Positions 24,752 to 38,718 of a stretch of 64,000 nt of DNA are shown here, piece after piece. The position numbers and the translations under genes were made by a program. Origin of the DNA: Marsupella aquatica (Eukaryota > Plantae > Marchantiophyta); assembly GCA_973895155.1 (NCBI GenBank), contig OZ316891.1, forward strand, positions 29,127,611 to 29,191,610, written 5' to 3'. Under the pieces are notes generated by a model, which saw nothing but the letters and a program-made list of their open reading frames with translations, ran no database searches and was not told where the DNA came from. The stretch's first letter is position 1. Every line of letters begins with the position of its first letter.

Positions 24752-27700
24752 TTATGCTTCATTAACAGGTATGTCCAGTGTTGAAATCTCTGAACTTGTT
24801 GATTCAAAAAGCTCAGTTGTGCACCAATCTGCTAAACACACATGTCATAAGTTTACTATTTGTTGGAACTAAGGATTCAAACATGAATAAAGTAAATTCT
24901 GGGGAAGAATATGAATAAATACATACCAGGTAAACCATGTCAACTATTTAATACACAAAGTGCAAATAAAGTGGACAGAACCAAAAATCCTAATCTGAAA
25001 CTATATAAAGTAGTCTTAGGGCATAGTAAGTCATAAATCATTCAGCCCAGGCAGATAGGCATCCCTGTGTGGTAGCTCACTTGAGTGCAGGCTGATAAGT
25101 ATAATTGGGTTCAACTATTGTGACTGATTTTTCCCTTTATGTGGGGTTTCACAGATTCCACCTTAAACTTTGAAAAATAAAAAAGTAATAATTCATTCTC
25201 CCTCAACCATAACTCCTAAATGATAGGATGAGAATTCATGAAAGTGTAATTGGACTTTATGCAGTTAAATAGAAGGAGTACCTCCATCAATTGGATCAGC
25301 AATGCTTGCACGGAGGTTGCCAATAATTTTGTCTTGCAGCTCAATCTCTTTTTCCTACAAATTGAAGCAAAGTTGACATTGTGCTACTGAGTGTCTTCAC
25401 ATGATTCAAACTTTTGCTTGCATCCCATCCAAAGTTACAGCTTTACTGCTTTACGAGTCATGCAGCTTTGGAATCAAAAATGGACTTTGTCATGAATAAA
25501 AATAGCTGTAGTTGGCTGTACAAGAGCCAGGGGCCATTCAAAGTATGGTGTCTATAGATACTACATGGCTAGCAGTATGCTTAAACCACACCTGCCCCTA
25601 TAAAGGGCTACGGGTAAATTGTAGCTCTCATTCTAAAGAGTGCAAGTTCAGAAATGTGTTTTGAGTTTCACAAAAGGTGCTGACTGCAAAACTTTTTTTT
25701 GGCAAGTACTCCACAAAAGGTGCTAGGTTTCCACCTTTTATGGTGAGTAGTGAGACATGGAATGAGGCTTTTATAGTGGCAGGTGTGGTTTAAGAAAATG
25801 CTGATGTGGAGTGCCTCTTTTTTCTAGAATGTTAGACCACCTCTACATGCTATGCAAATATTCCCAAACCTTTCAAAATTTTGGCTCCTCATTTAAGGGA
25901 CTTGCAATCATTTAACTTCATGTAAAATGATTTTTTGTCCAAAGTTTATGTCTAGGACAAGAAGGGCGCCTCGAGTATGCTTTGGTGAAAAGTAGTCACA
26001 AACTCCCCTATGTCTTGTAAAGCAACTTTAAACAGAAATGAAAGAAATCATATACTTTTCTTTGGCAAGTTGCACAGCAACTCTACATGGGCTTGGTTTC
26101 CCTTTCTTTTTCCGAAAAAGAAAACTCAAGGTGCAATGGCTACATTACTTACTTGGGCAGAACATTGATACTTTAGGCCAGTCAAAGTGGCAGCCATCTT
26201 ATTGCATCGATAGTGATGCTCGAGTTGAAGTGGTCCACCGGGTCTTGGGAAAGGCGGGCCAAGAGCCTTCAATTGAAGATGTCAAATAGTCAGGAGTGTC
26301 TTGAATTCCAGCTTACAAATTAATCCAACTATGCCACTAGGCATTAGTTCCAACAATTGATCACAAACTAAAGTTTATGCTAATATTATGTTTGCGGAAA
26401 TTTTAGATTGAAATACATTGTGCATATATTTAACTTCTCAGTATTGCGATACTAACATCTTCACAATTGAAAAGAAGGCCCCAGATTGATGTGAAAACGA
26501 AAATATTTTGACTTGTCCACACACATAGGGGTAGGTTACTTTCTCTTAAAACATGGGTTGCCCTTTCTAACACAATGCACAGACCATGTGTTCAAAGTTG
26601 GGCTTGGTGTTTCAGTACAGTTAGTAGTTCTGTGGGCATGGACGCCCTTGACACAAACACATGCAGCACCTCACAAACCCAAATACAATGCTTTGCAAAC
26701 TTGAACACAGCGCCCTTAAATTGGGTCTTCCTCATGACCACCGATCTCAAATCTCGTGGGTCAGATTCTCATTCCCATGAATCCATCAATTTCAAAACTA
26801 GTAGAGAGGCCTTTGTGGAAGATGCTATGCTAAATGTAGGGTTGCTTTGCATCTTAAAGAGTAAAACATTCAGACCCTTATAGAGTAATAAATCAAGAAT
26901 CTATCTGGATAAGAAAAAGCCATGCATGACATCATTCTAACGTTGTCCAATATGCCTGGGATGGCCTTTTCAACTTAGATGGAATCCCAACAAATATTAT
27001 TTCGTGTGCTTCTATAGCACTATAATGCCAGTGAAAGTGATTCTGTGTTTTTTCCTGTATTTACGTACCCTACTGAGTTTATTGCACTGGATAACTTTGG
27101 TTATATGTCATGGAAGCATCATATTCCAATAATTATCTGGTACTTTTGATAATAAATTAAATACTATCAATTAAGTCAAAGGTTCTACACCTTAATTAGT
27201 GTTAGTAACAAACTATTGAATTAGTGTTACATAAATTTTTAAAAATCATGCATGATAAACAATGAGTTTTTCCCATATGGAAATAAGGTGTGTGCACCAG
27301 GTTCCACATGAAAATCCTTGGTCCTAGCATGCATGAATTAAACACTGTAGACAAACCTTATTTCCCTCTTCTTGTTAGTGACACTCTCCCACTCACCCTA
27401 GGTAATTATATGCTAACACTAATTCAGGGGGGTAGTGAGGGGTGTAGATTTTGGAATTGTTACATTCATGTTAAGTTTTATATCCCACAACTGGAATGTT
27501 AGCTCTGGAGTCTATGCGGCGGCAAACTGATGGACATACCTGTCTAGCTGCTGCAAGCTCTAAAGTCAAAGCATTTATCAAAAGATCATCGTTCTCACTC
27601 TTACTAACCAAAACGCCAACCTTTGCTTTCATATTGCGAATCTGCCATGGATCAAAACCTAACTTTTACTTCTTCAAGATCCCTGAGAGATCAAGGTCAT

Positions 27701-30700
27701 GCAGTTGTATACTACAATTACTTAGGTCATGAACATTGAGATTATCTTGCTGAAATAATTCTTTTACCAAACAGTTAAAATAATAAAGTGTGTATTAATA
27801 TTGGTTTATGCATGTCAGTGTGATTTAGGTTTTCCTAAGACAACAGAGTTATAGACACACAGAAAAAAAAACTTGCAATGCCAAACTTACTTTCATGGCA
27901 AGTGAGTTGGAATGTCAAATCTTACAGCAGTGTTCCAAATCAACTGATGTGTTGTATTTGAGTGGGGGTACAAATAGTGAAGTGAAAGGCTTGGGAAGCT
28001 AGCCATCCCATTAAAGCTGGTTGTGTTGGGGCTTCCCTGGTTTTTTTATGAAGGAAAATGGTTTGTTCCCAAAGCCTTGGGAATATTTGGGAGATTATAT
28101 GCGTGCATCTGAAACAAGCCCCCTACGGGCCGCTATGTATATATTTTAACTCATAATGTTGCCATCACACATAGCTCCACGAAACCAACATTTACTTGCA
28201 ATGACAAAATAAACTTCTGGCATTTTCTTCAAGGTCGATCAAGTGTAGTCCCACCCAGTAGGACTTCAGTTTGAACTAAATTTTGTTTCCAATGTCAATC
28301 ACGGTTCAAATTTGCTCTAATTGATTTTCAAATACCAAGGGAAATCATTGGCATGGACTCCAAAAGCACAATTGATATGCATGGTAAGATTGTCAGCTTG
28401 AGGAAAGAAAGATAATTGCACTTACATCTGCTTCTAATATATTCTTGCGAGCAACAGTCTTATCAAGTTTTGCCTTGGTTTCCTGCCAATGCTCCCTCAA
28501 TGCCTGTTGCAATATACAATTGATTGACTTTCAATTTCAATTGTTGTTAATTTATATTAAAATTTTCTATACTGTTGTTGCATAGAATGTATTGTATAGA
28601 ACATCATCTTAATATGAATCAACAACAAAATTGACTCGTTGCACAACACTCTTGGTGCTTGGTATTTTCTCTTCAAGGATCCTACAATATATGAGTCCTA
28701 GCAAAGTCGGGTCCAAAGGAAAAAGCTGTTTGCTAGTTTGAATATCTGTGATTTACACTTATTTATTTATTTCAAATCATTGCAATTTATAAATTTGGAT
28801 TGTGAAAAAAAATGATCATATGCTCATAGAGGCATGGCTATGTGGTGGCTCACTTGACTAGAAACTCATTGGTCTTGGGTGCAAATGTTGTGATTGACTG
28901 TTCCCTTCTATTGGGTTCACATATTTCCCTTTAAAATTTAAGTATAATAAATAAACATATAACAATAAGCAGGATATTCTTTGTTTTCTTGGGTGATCCA
29001 CTATTTGTACATGCAGGCAGACAGGATGATGGAAGGCAGGAAAGAACAATCCTGGGAACTATTGTTCATCTACTGTAGAGCCCTCATTAGCTTGGGAATT
29101 ATGGTGTGACATGCCTAACAACTAGCCATGGAAAGGGGGTAGAGCAATAGATTAATTTACAGAGTCCACAAATTGTCTGAATCAAGAGTGTTGCTTTCAT
29201 TGGGCTAGTTGCAAGGTTACTAGTAAGTGAATATCTCACACTATTAACTGAATATCTCTCTTGAAAGACCATACTAGCTGTAATCTAAAATTGGTCAAAG
29301 AGGGAGAGTTTCACACCGCATAGTTCATTCCTAGCTTGTCAAGCTCCTTTTGACGTTCATAATTAATTGTATCAATTGTATTGCGATGCCGAATCTCAAT
29401 AGCCGTATACTCATCAGTATTGAAAATAGAAGCCTTGGGTTGAGATTCACTGCTTGATTCCAACCTTCTTATCTTCTTATTAGCTTCTTCTAGTTGATCC
29501 TGTAAAGAATACAATCCATTTGAGTTCATCATTTCTTTGCTGAAGAACCTGGGTTTACTTCAATCATTGTCCTTGGGGTTTACTAACAAAGTATTGGCGT
29601 GAAATAAGTGAGAATGTCATTTTAAGCAATTCAAATATACATGATTTCCTTGGTAGTGCTGCATAGTTTCTGTAAAATGACACAGTTAAGATTACTTCTT
29701 TTAAAGAGTAATAATATATTTGGTGACAAAACTTACTTTTAACAAGGCAATTTGCTCTGCTCGACCTCTCCATGTACCACACTCGTCCAAAACCTATAGA
29801 GTCTTCGATTAACCACAAAGGGTCCTCATATAAATGTACCACCAGTTCAAGTTTCTACATCTTGCATTCAAAGATCACAAGAAGGAATTTTACATTTTCT
29901 GCCATGATCAAGATTTTGAAACATTTAGATGTGAGAGCTTGATGCATTTCTAGCTGAAATTGAATTACCTTTTGGGCTGGAATATGTTCACCAACTTCTC
30001 GTTTTATTATTTGCTGTAACTTGGCAATCTCACCTAAAAGCATATCCGTTCGAGCTTGGACAATCTGCAGCTTTGCTACTATCTACATAATCATATCAAG
30101 AACTTGTTAAACTTTATAAACAGTTTAATTTCAAATTCCTATCCAGAGCTTTTCAAATTGGTACACACCTTAGTTCATACTTAATTAAATATGTTGATTC
30201 AATTTTCATAAAACTTGTGCCATTCGTAGACGTTTGAGCACCCTCATCGGAGTTAGTAAATAAATAGTTTGATTTTATTTCTATTTTTTGTGGTTAGAAT
30301 ACAATTGTTGGTCTTTTCGTTTGTTATTTTTACCTGGGTGTGCTTGTCTTTCCAAAACTCTGCAGCCTTCTCACCGTCATTCAATTTTAAACCACTTTTT
30401 GTACTTATAATCTCATTCTCTTTAGCAAGGAGCTACAAAGACAAAAGCTCAAGGTTCAAAACTGACAACATTCAGTGCAAACAAAGTCTCATCTTATAGC
30501 TCTACTTGGCATACTTATGAAAAGGCGGCAATATTAAGGGAATCTGGGTTGAAGGATTATCATTAAAAAATCATTTCCCTCAAAATATTTTGTATTATGA
30601 AAAATACATTAACTATCTGCAAACCTTAGCTCAAAGAAACAACTTATGCACATATCAAAAGTAATACATTAATACAAGTTTCTTCACATCCTACTGAGAG

Positions 30701-32631
30701 AATTTCTATAAAAATCATTAATTTTATTTTATATTTCATGTGCCAGATCGAGTGGAAGGTATACAAGGGTCAAGCTTGTCACACAAACACCTCTTCTTGA
30801 AGAAACTTGATTTGATTTGCCATTTTGCTTGCCCTGTTTCTATCTTTTTCAAGACAAAGATTAAGGTATCGGTTCTGTTTAGGACAATATATACCAAAAC
30901 AAATGTCAGATTATAAACATACCCAATGGTTGGATCTGGAAAAAAATTATCAAAATGAAATAGAGGCTCATTCACGGAAGAAAACTGGGGAAAATGAATG
31001 GGAAAGGAGGCTTTCATACACAGAATTAACTTTGTGATACAATGGTTTTTTTTAATCCTACAAAGTTGAGTTCGAAAATCAATTTGTTCATTGTTGAAGC
31101 TCAAGAGATTTTTTTTGATGGCCCCAAAATGAACCGTGTTACTTGATTAGGACCCCTGAGTGATCCAGATCGTTTACTGTCCTTGAATCAATGTACCCAA
31201 AACTTCAGGGTTCCTATCAAGTATTAACGCAGTCCATTTTGGGGTTCTATCAAGCAAATCCCTCTTAATGCTCTCATACACAGCTATGACAAGTCTGAAG
31301 ACAAACTTGTTGTCAACATCAAGTTGGAGATGAAATGTGAAGTACATGACTTTTTGGTATGATATTTTGCTTGCTCACAATTAAATGTCTAATCAAATGA
31401 AAAATATATTCTTTTTCCGGAATGCAAGATGGAAAGGTCATGAAAATCAATGCAATCACCATGTTGAAAAGCAAGTTTTATCTCTGTAGGTAGAGGTTTC
31501 ACCTTTCTGAATAAGTCAATGATCTTTGCCTCTCTTAGATCTCCCTCTCCACTCCCTATAATGCTCAGAACCTCCCTAAAAAAGGATGCATGGTTCATTG
31601 TTAGAAGTAACTTGGCAGTGTAACATTAATGTTATTAATACATTCCATTTTCTTAAGGTGCAATGCACAGTTTATTATCTGGGCATGGTCAAGTACATTA
31701 CATACACTGATAGTTAGATAGATACAATGGCCACAACTAGACTTATTCACTTATTAGTGTCCATGCAATATCCCTTTGCCCATAAAATAACTTTGGCCCA
31801 TTCCTGTGCCTGGGAGGCAGTTGTCATATCATGACCATAGCCTTTAGTTGCAAAATTGATAATGTTGACTTAGCATTTCAAACTAAGTGTGTCACAAGAC
31901 AGCATTGCTGACTTGGATGATGGGAAGAAAATATGGCAGATAAATTTGTAATAGCTAGCAGGAACAGAGAAGCAAGATTTAAGGGCTTCTACAGTTAGAT
32001 CTTCTCGTTCTAATTCTATCTAGAGTTACCTCAATCTTTGAACTTCTGCTTCACTAGTATCCAGCTGAACCTTAAGGTCAGTGACGATGGGATCTTCCTG
32101 TAATCAGAACTATTGCCAAATTGGTTAGACATGGTGCATTCAAAACTTTGGCAACTCAAATACTCAAAAACAATTATATAATAAGTTGCCTTAGCTTCTC
32201 TTGAGAGATAAGCTAGTATGGAGCTCCAGCTGTTGACAGTTCATTGAGGACAAGAGATGTAAGATCTTGCAGTCGATATTGAATTAAGGTGGGTATGATG
32301 TAGATGCCAATTGTATGCATATATATTCACATGTGAAAAATAGAACTATTTGGATGAAGTGAGAGGTTAGTCAAAATTTTTATTTTATATGGACTTAAGG
32401 ATCTAGACTTGCCAATGGAACTTCTTCTTGTAAGACTGCTCCTTTAACTTGACTTTTCCCGCGAGAAGCGCTATTTGGTTTATCATCTCCAGCCTTGGAC
32501 TTAGACTTTGCATCTTTACTTTCTTTCACAGCCTTTGACTCTTTGCCATCGCCTTTAACATTTCCCGTGTCCTTAGACACCCCTTCCTTTGACTCTTTCC
32601 CGTCAGTTTTCTTAGCCTCTTTCTTGGCCAT
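24752..32631 (-). CDS. CCDC13: CCDC13-like coiled-coil protein (cilium/basal-body associated), ~447 aa, 13 coding exons
   Basis: Exons 32631-32413, 32097-32030, 31575-31503, 30874-30791, 30432-30334, 30082-29969, 29793-29737, 29499-29317, 28503-28426, 27641-27540, 26266-26153, 25354-25282, 24831-24752 splice in phase to 1344 nt. Motifs AKIIDLFRKNR, IIKREVGE, WRGRAEQIALLK and KSENDDLLINAL resemble CCDC13 as I recall it (KIVELSKKNR, REVGE, WRGRAQQI, HDDELIDAL). Confidence 0.8.
25580..25794. mobile_element. Intronic MITE
   Basis: CTTAAACCACACCTGCCCCTATAAA ... TTTATAGTGGCAGGTGTGGTTTAAG inverted repeat. Confidence 0.7.
31105..31263. mobile_element. Intronic hairpin MITE; related copies at ~37718-37970
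   Basis: TTGATGGCCCCAAAATG..GTGTTACTTGATTAGGACCCCTGA / TCAGGGTTCCTATCAAGTATTAAC..CATTTTGGGG..ATCAA; same motifs recur at 37.7-38.0 kb. Confidence 0.7.
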
Positions 32632-34250
32632 CACTTAGTCAAGATGAGCTCAAATAGAAGAGTCTGATAGCCAGAACAAAGGATTGTGTTAATTGCAATC
32701 ATGCTCATTGGTAGTTGACAGAAATGACATACTTAAAGTCCAAACATTATTAGCACCAAATCTAAATTTTAATAATCTGGTATGCAATCAAACTACGAAG
32801 AAAATTCATATTTATTTGGATAAACTTTGCAAGAAAGAAGACCATTTGTGCTCAATTAAGAATGTTGATGTATTCAATAGGACCAATAGATGAACAATTG
32901 GCTCATCTTGGAGATTAGTGCCCATATGAGGAAAATCCCCTTAATTTGTGTTTTTAAATGCAATGAAAATACCAACCTTAAATGACCGTTAAACCACTCT
33001 ACCCAATCAAACTAAGTATGAAATAATGTACACAACGATTTGTTGTCTCCGCAAGGCAAACCCTATATCAGTAAGTGCATGACTATAGACTTTCAATCAA
33101 TCATAATTAATATTTACCTTTATGTTGCCTTGAACTTTCTCCTAGTTTGCTATCCTCATATTTATCCTTTCTTTGGTTTACTTTTTCAGTCCTCGGGTAT
33201 GGAGGTGCGTGTCCTAGTGTGGATAGAGAACCCTAGCCGGCCAACACTCAATTGCCCTTTTGTTGTGCTAACCAGAGAGACGTAGTTAATCTGCCTTTGC
33301 CACACCTGCTGAACTATTCTTTAGCCTTTGACAAAAGAATACTGGGCTGGCAAAGGACACATACGCAGGAGGGTATAGAGAAACTTAAAGCCAAAATCCG
33401 GACTAATGGAAAGGTGTGGAAGCCACCTTTTCCTTTAATTACCCTTTGTTGTTTCCAGTTGAAAGGAAATGCCTTGCTGCTTTCCAGGTGCTTTGAGATT
33501 TTTCCAAAGCCTTGTTTCCTGCTGGGGCGCTGACAATGTCTTACATTTTTGTTTGACAAGTTGCGTGGAAATTAATTGCTGGTCTTATTGCTCGTCTTTT
33601 TTTGCTGCAAGTTCAGTGGTGTAGACATATTCAAAGGGTGGATCGATTCCATCTTTGTCGCTGTTTGGGTTGTTTGAGTAAAATCAATAGGATTTCATGC
33701 AACATTGTTTTGATTTTGGCTTCCCTTCTCAAAACCAGCTTGACATGCGCCCCATTGCTTTCTTGGTTGTGTGGAGCACTCTCATGTTGTACCTCAGGCT
33801 AGCCTTAAGGGCTATTTTTTTGGTACCTTTCTAATCAATGAAGGCGGGAATGAAGGTTTTCCAGGGCGAAAAGCCTAATCCCAGTTGCATGGGTCTGGCT
33901 TTTGGACTTGGTTCCCTCCGTTCATTCAAATGAAGTTTCCTATGGTTCATTTAAGCACAATGGGAGAGTTTTCCAGTGGCACTCATTGAAGTTGAAATGT
34001 GACTCATTGGGGTTCCTTTGCTCTGAATGTTTTATTTTATGTGAATTTGAAATCATGTATACCCGTTTGAATTTTGGTATACCCGTCACTAAACACTCAT
34101 TTTCTTCCATTTGTAAATCTCCCTATCCATAGATATGTTTTTCAATAAATTTCTCCCTATCCATATAATTATATATTTTTGGCTGGCTTTTGTAAACGGC
34201 CCACCACTGACCCAATCATCTAAAAGATCCCCTACCCATACGGCATGGCT

Positions 34251-34518
34251 CAGTGTTTTTTTTAGTGACGAAAATTTGCTAGATTTCACCTCCCCAAAAA
34301 TCTTTAGTCACTTTTGGCTCTACTTTTGTTGTCTCATTAGCCAGTGTTCCACCTAATCCTAGGTTCCATTAGCCAGAATCTAACGGTCAACCTTAAATCT
34401 TGGGCTATCTGACGGTACAGAAAATAATTGAATAATAAATCTTTTTGAGCATCTTCTCTTTCACACACTTTACATTTGCCACTCTGGCCAAAAAGTGAAA
34501 TCCTTAAAAAATACACTG
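34251..34518. mobile_element. hAT-type MITE related to 19990-20276 (opposite orientation)
   Basis: CAGTGTTTTTTTTAG...TTAAAAAATACACTG; degenerate TSD GCATGGCT/GCATGAGT; internal CCATTAGCCAGAATCTAA is the reverse complement of ~20135-20153. Confidence 0.7.
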
Positions 34519-35129
34519 GCATGAGTGATCCCATGAATGCACTCGATGTCTATCCTACGGACAAATGCATGATGAGTGTTAATTACTCAAAATCCACCAC
34601 TGCATAATTAGTGATCCCCGTCTATAGTGAACAGTTGTTTTGGTTATTCACATCATAGCAGGGATTGTAACAATGTGAAGTTCACTCATGATAGCATAAG
34701 GACAAGTGACTTTTAGTTGCCCTTCCTCCACTTACCCGACTTAGGTACCTTTCTCATGCCAGGATATAATTTCCTGAGACTTAAAATTGGAATTTAACTT
34801 CCTAAGCTACTGTGAAAGTTTCTCCAACAAAAAAAGAAAAAGAAAAAATAAAAAGCTACTGTGAAATTCATTAATGGATCACTACAAACAAAAAATAAAA
34901 CGTGTCTTAGTACGAGCATCCCCTTAATATCCTTCTGCAGAGGTTTCAGTCTAGAACTTATTTAACAAAATCAATGCAATGCTCAATTTAGAAGCTCCAA
35001 CATACTCAATTAGTAAATGGAGATGTTCAAATAGAAAAAAAAAGGCTGGATGGACTGGGGGACTTTGTTCTGAAGTTCCGATGGATTTCTCAAGCTTGGA
35101 TGGACTGGCATAAAATGTCTAAAATGACT

Positions 35130-35303
35130 GTGGTAGCACCTTTCACAATATTAGCCGAAATGTGACCTTTAAATGGGCTCTTGACCATTTGTAGCCAGTT
35201 TCGAATACCAGGTGGTAAGCACCTTTCACAATATTAGCTGAAATGTGACCTTTAAATGGCATGTTGACCATTTTCAACCAGTTTCAAATACCCAGTGGTA
35301 AGC
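35130..35303. repeat. Tandem duplication of ~83 bp
   Basis: GCACCTTTCACAATATTAGCYGAAATGTGACCTTTAAATGG..TTGACCATTT..CCAGTTTC.AATACC twice. Confidence 0.85.
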
Positions 35304-36654
35304 GGCTCATGCAACATCCTTCCCCAAAAGTGGTAATTTGTCACTCAAGTCTAGTCTACCTAGGGCATCATTTACAATAGTGAAATGTCCTTCCAAAAGT
35401 TATTTTGATCAAGCCCAAACTACTCATGGCATCCTTCACAAATGTGACATGTCCATTGACAGTTGGTTTACAATATTTAATCATGTTTAGCTCCTTGTAA
35501 ATGGTGTAAACGATCTAAGAAAAATTGGAAACTTTGTGAGATGATAGACTGAACATCAAAGAACAGATTGGCAAAGTATGAGATCAACACATGGATCCAA
35601 AACTTGTCCAAATAAATGCACAAGCCTTATCTCAAAATAGTGCTAACTATTAAATAATTATCATTCGCAACAGTAATCAGTGCAAGGATGCTATTGGGGG
35701 CTAAAGTACTGATTCTAGGAGTATTTAGGGACAACACTTTTGAATGAAAGGAAATTAGCACAAATTGAGATTGATATATGAACAGAATATAACACACATG
35801 AATTCACGCCCGGATGGACTGAGGGCCTTATTCTGCATTCCATGGATTGCGTAGAGTCATCAGCCAGTTTACACGAAAAAGAATAAAGGACAAAACTGCC
35901 GTTGGGAGTACGCTTTACTTTTGAGAAGGGCGCTTTCAATGGTTTTTCAAGGCGCTTTGGATAGTTTTTCCGAGTGAAGAAAATGATGCTCCCATAGACC
36001 CTACTAGACAAAAACCATGCAATTGGGATGGACTAATTAGAAATATTCCCTCTCACTTTCTAAATACAATGCTATCCATCTGAGTTGCAAAAAAATAAAT
36101 ATGGGAGCATTTTGACAAACCTAGAGGTCTATCTGGGCTAGTGTCCAAACATCTTTTACAAATGAAACTATACATAATACGTACTACGCACTATGCGCCA
36201 CGTACATACGGAATCTTTTAATAAATTCTGTGGACACCCTGAGATCCTGATGACCTGATTCACTTTCCAGAAACCGACCAGGCCAACAATAAATTAATCA
36301 TGGCTGCCGTAGTGCCGTGTCAAATAATATGGGATTATGGGACTCAGATCCGCTGAACAATAATGAAGGTGACGTATTTGGTTGGACTTTTAGCCGTCTA
36401 TCCTGATTGAACTGTACAACACAGCAATCTCAAGGAAATTGCAAGTTATTAGTGACAGAGGGGCTACAAAACTGATTCCGATCGATGGAATTGCAAAGAC
36501 AACTGTCCAGTAGCTGGGATCTTGGATCGCTGGACAGTAAGGTTCACTGCAATTGAGTTCACCTTGAGAATTGCATCATCAATCTGGTCAACTTAATTGA
36601 TGCTAAAGTGCTCATTGTCACGGAACAAGGGACAGGAAACTCTTCCTCTGGATC

Positions 36655-37659
36655 ACCCTCAGTTAAATCTACATCAAGTTTAATGTTCCCTCACTTTCGC
36701 GGGGCGCGCCGTACAGTGCCTGTCCCAATCCCCGATGCTGCTGCCCGTTCCGGTCCAAGTTTGGCAGAACATAAACCAATACTCTAAGATTTAACACATG
36801 CACTCCGGCCCGATCGACTTTGCGCCATCGACTGCGGGTTTATGTTTTGGCACATTCGCTCGCTCCAGCCCGAACGACTTAAGTTTGTGTCATCGACTTC
36901 TTCCTTGTGGAGTCGTGGTTTATATTCTGGCAACTCTTCTTTCCAACAGAGTTATATTTTCTTTGTAAGAGAGTCTAAGTGTTCAAGGCAAGCCTAGTAC
37001 TTTGGTTAAGAGTCATGATTTATAGAGTATTGATTTATGTTGTGCCAAATACTTATCCTCTATGGACTTGTGATTAATGTTTTGGCAACACTTCTTTCCA
37101 AGGGAGTGATGTTTATTTAGTAAGACAGTCTAAGCATTTAGGCACAACCTAGTATTTTGGTTAAGAGTCATGATTCTAGAGTCTTGGTTGATGTTTTTCC
37201 AAATGCTTCTTTTCGATGGAGTCATGGTTTATGTTCTGGCAACACTTCTTTCCGATGGAGTCATACCTATTTTGTAATAGAATCTAAGTGTTCAAGGGGA
37301 GCCTAATACTTTGGTTGAGAGTCATGATTGTTAGACTCTTGGTTTATGTTATGCCAAGTACTTATTCTCTATGGAGTTGTGGTTTATGTCTTGGCAACAC
37401 TTATTTCCAAAAAGTTGATGACACAAAGTCGACCGGGCTGGAGTGGCCGACAAAAAGTGATGGGTGCCAAAACATAAACCCGAAGTTGATGGCACAAAGT
37501 CGATCGGACCGGAACGCATGCATTAAATCGTAGAGTATTGGTTTATGTTCTGTCAAACTTGGGCCGGAGCGGGCAACAACATCGGGGATTGGGACGGGCA
37601 GTGTATGGCACCCCGGGAAAGTGGGGGAGCATTAACTTGACGTAGATTTAACTCAGGGT
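36655..37659. mobile_element. Non-autonomous Mutator-like element, ~250-bp TIRs, 9-bp TSD, internal tandem repeats
   Basis: CTCTGGATC at 36646-36654 and 37660-37668; ACCCTCAGTTAAATCTAC...GTAGATTTAACTCAGGGT; interior is reiterated GGTTTATGTTCTGGCAACACTTCTTTCC / TTGGTTAAGAGTCATGATT. Confidence 0.9.
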
Positions 37660-38311
37660 CTCTGGATCTACCATCTACGTCACTTTCAATAAATTTCTAT
37701 GAAGGAATGTTGCCGTGCTTGATGAGACCCCAAATGGAAATGTGTTACTTAAGAGGACCCTGAAACTTTGAGGACCCTGAAACTTTGGGAACGTTGATTC
37801 AAGGTAGATTAACGGTTTGCATCACTCAGGGGTCCCATCACCCCAAATGGAAATGTGTTACATAATAGGACCCCATAAACTTTGGGAACGTTGACTCAAG
37901 GTAAATTAATAGTCTGGATCACTCAGGGGTCTCATCCAATAACACATTTCATTTTGGGGTCCCATTAAGCATTCCTAAATCTAAGACTTCATTTTGAGCT
38001 ATCTGAGATTTCATTTTGAGCGAGAAGTCTCGTCTCTCTGATTTACACTATAATGTCTGCTCCCAGAATAGACTAGTCCTAGTTTTTTGCTATGCACAAA
38101 AATAGACCCACCCCCAAGGCATACCCAGGGTCCATGCAGTGCCCCACCCTCAGTGTTAGGCCATACCCCCTAACACTGCCCTCAATGTCAAGGTCTAAAG
38201 GTTTTGGCCTAAATGTGGGCATTCTAAATTTTAGATCATGGTTAACTAATCACCCTTGAATCTCAACACTCTCTGGTGTCAACTTGGTTTGAAGTTACTT
38301 AGGAATGCTAC

Positions 38312-38718
38312 CGTCTTCCCCTAAACACAATGCCATGGCCTTGTAATCGAATAGTGGGCCATGGGGCACTCTATTCAAATAGTGCGCCTGGGCATTGTAT
38401 TCAAGTTTTGACTATTTGTTTTCATTTTTTTTATTTGCAAGGCGTTGTGTTTGAATAATGATGTTGTGTTTGAATATTGGCATTGGCATATGCTTCTTGA
38501 ATTATTTTTTCTATTTGTGCTCATTGATATAGAATAGTTTAGAGTTACATCTTGAACACAATGTCCACCTCAAACACAACGCCAATATTCGAACACAACA
38601 CCCGGACGTTGTCTTAAAATGACTGTTTTTGAAACAAAAAAACTTTTACTTAGGGAGACCTAAAAAAATCCATTTTCAAACACAACGCCCGGGCCCTGTA
38701 TTTTGGGGAAAGACAGTT
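38312..38718. repeat. MITE-like element with reiterated AACACAAYGCC motifs in both orientations
   Basis: GTCTTCCCCTAAACACAATG at left, TGTATTTTGGGGAAAGAC at right; several ACACAACGCC/GGCGTTGTGT copies. Confidence 0.5.
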
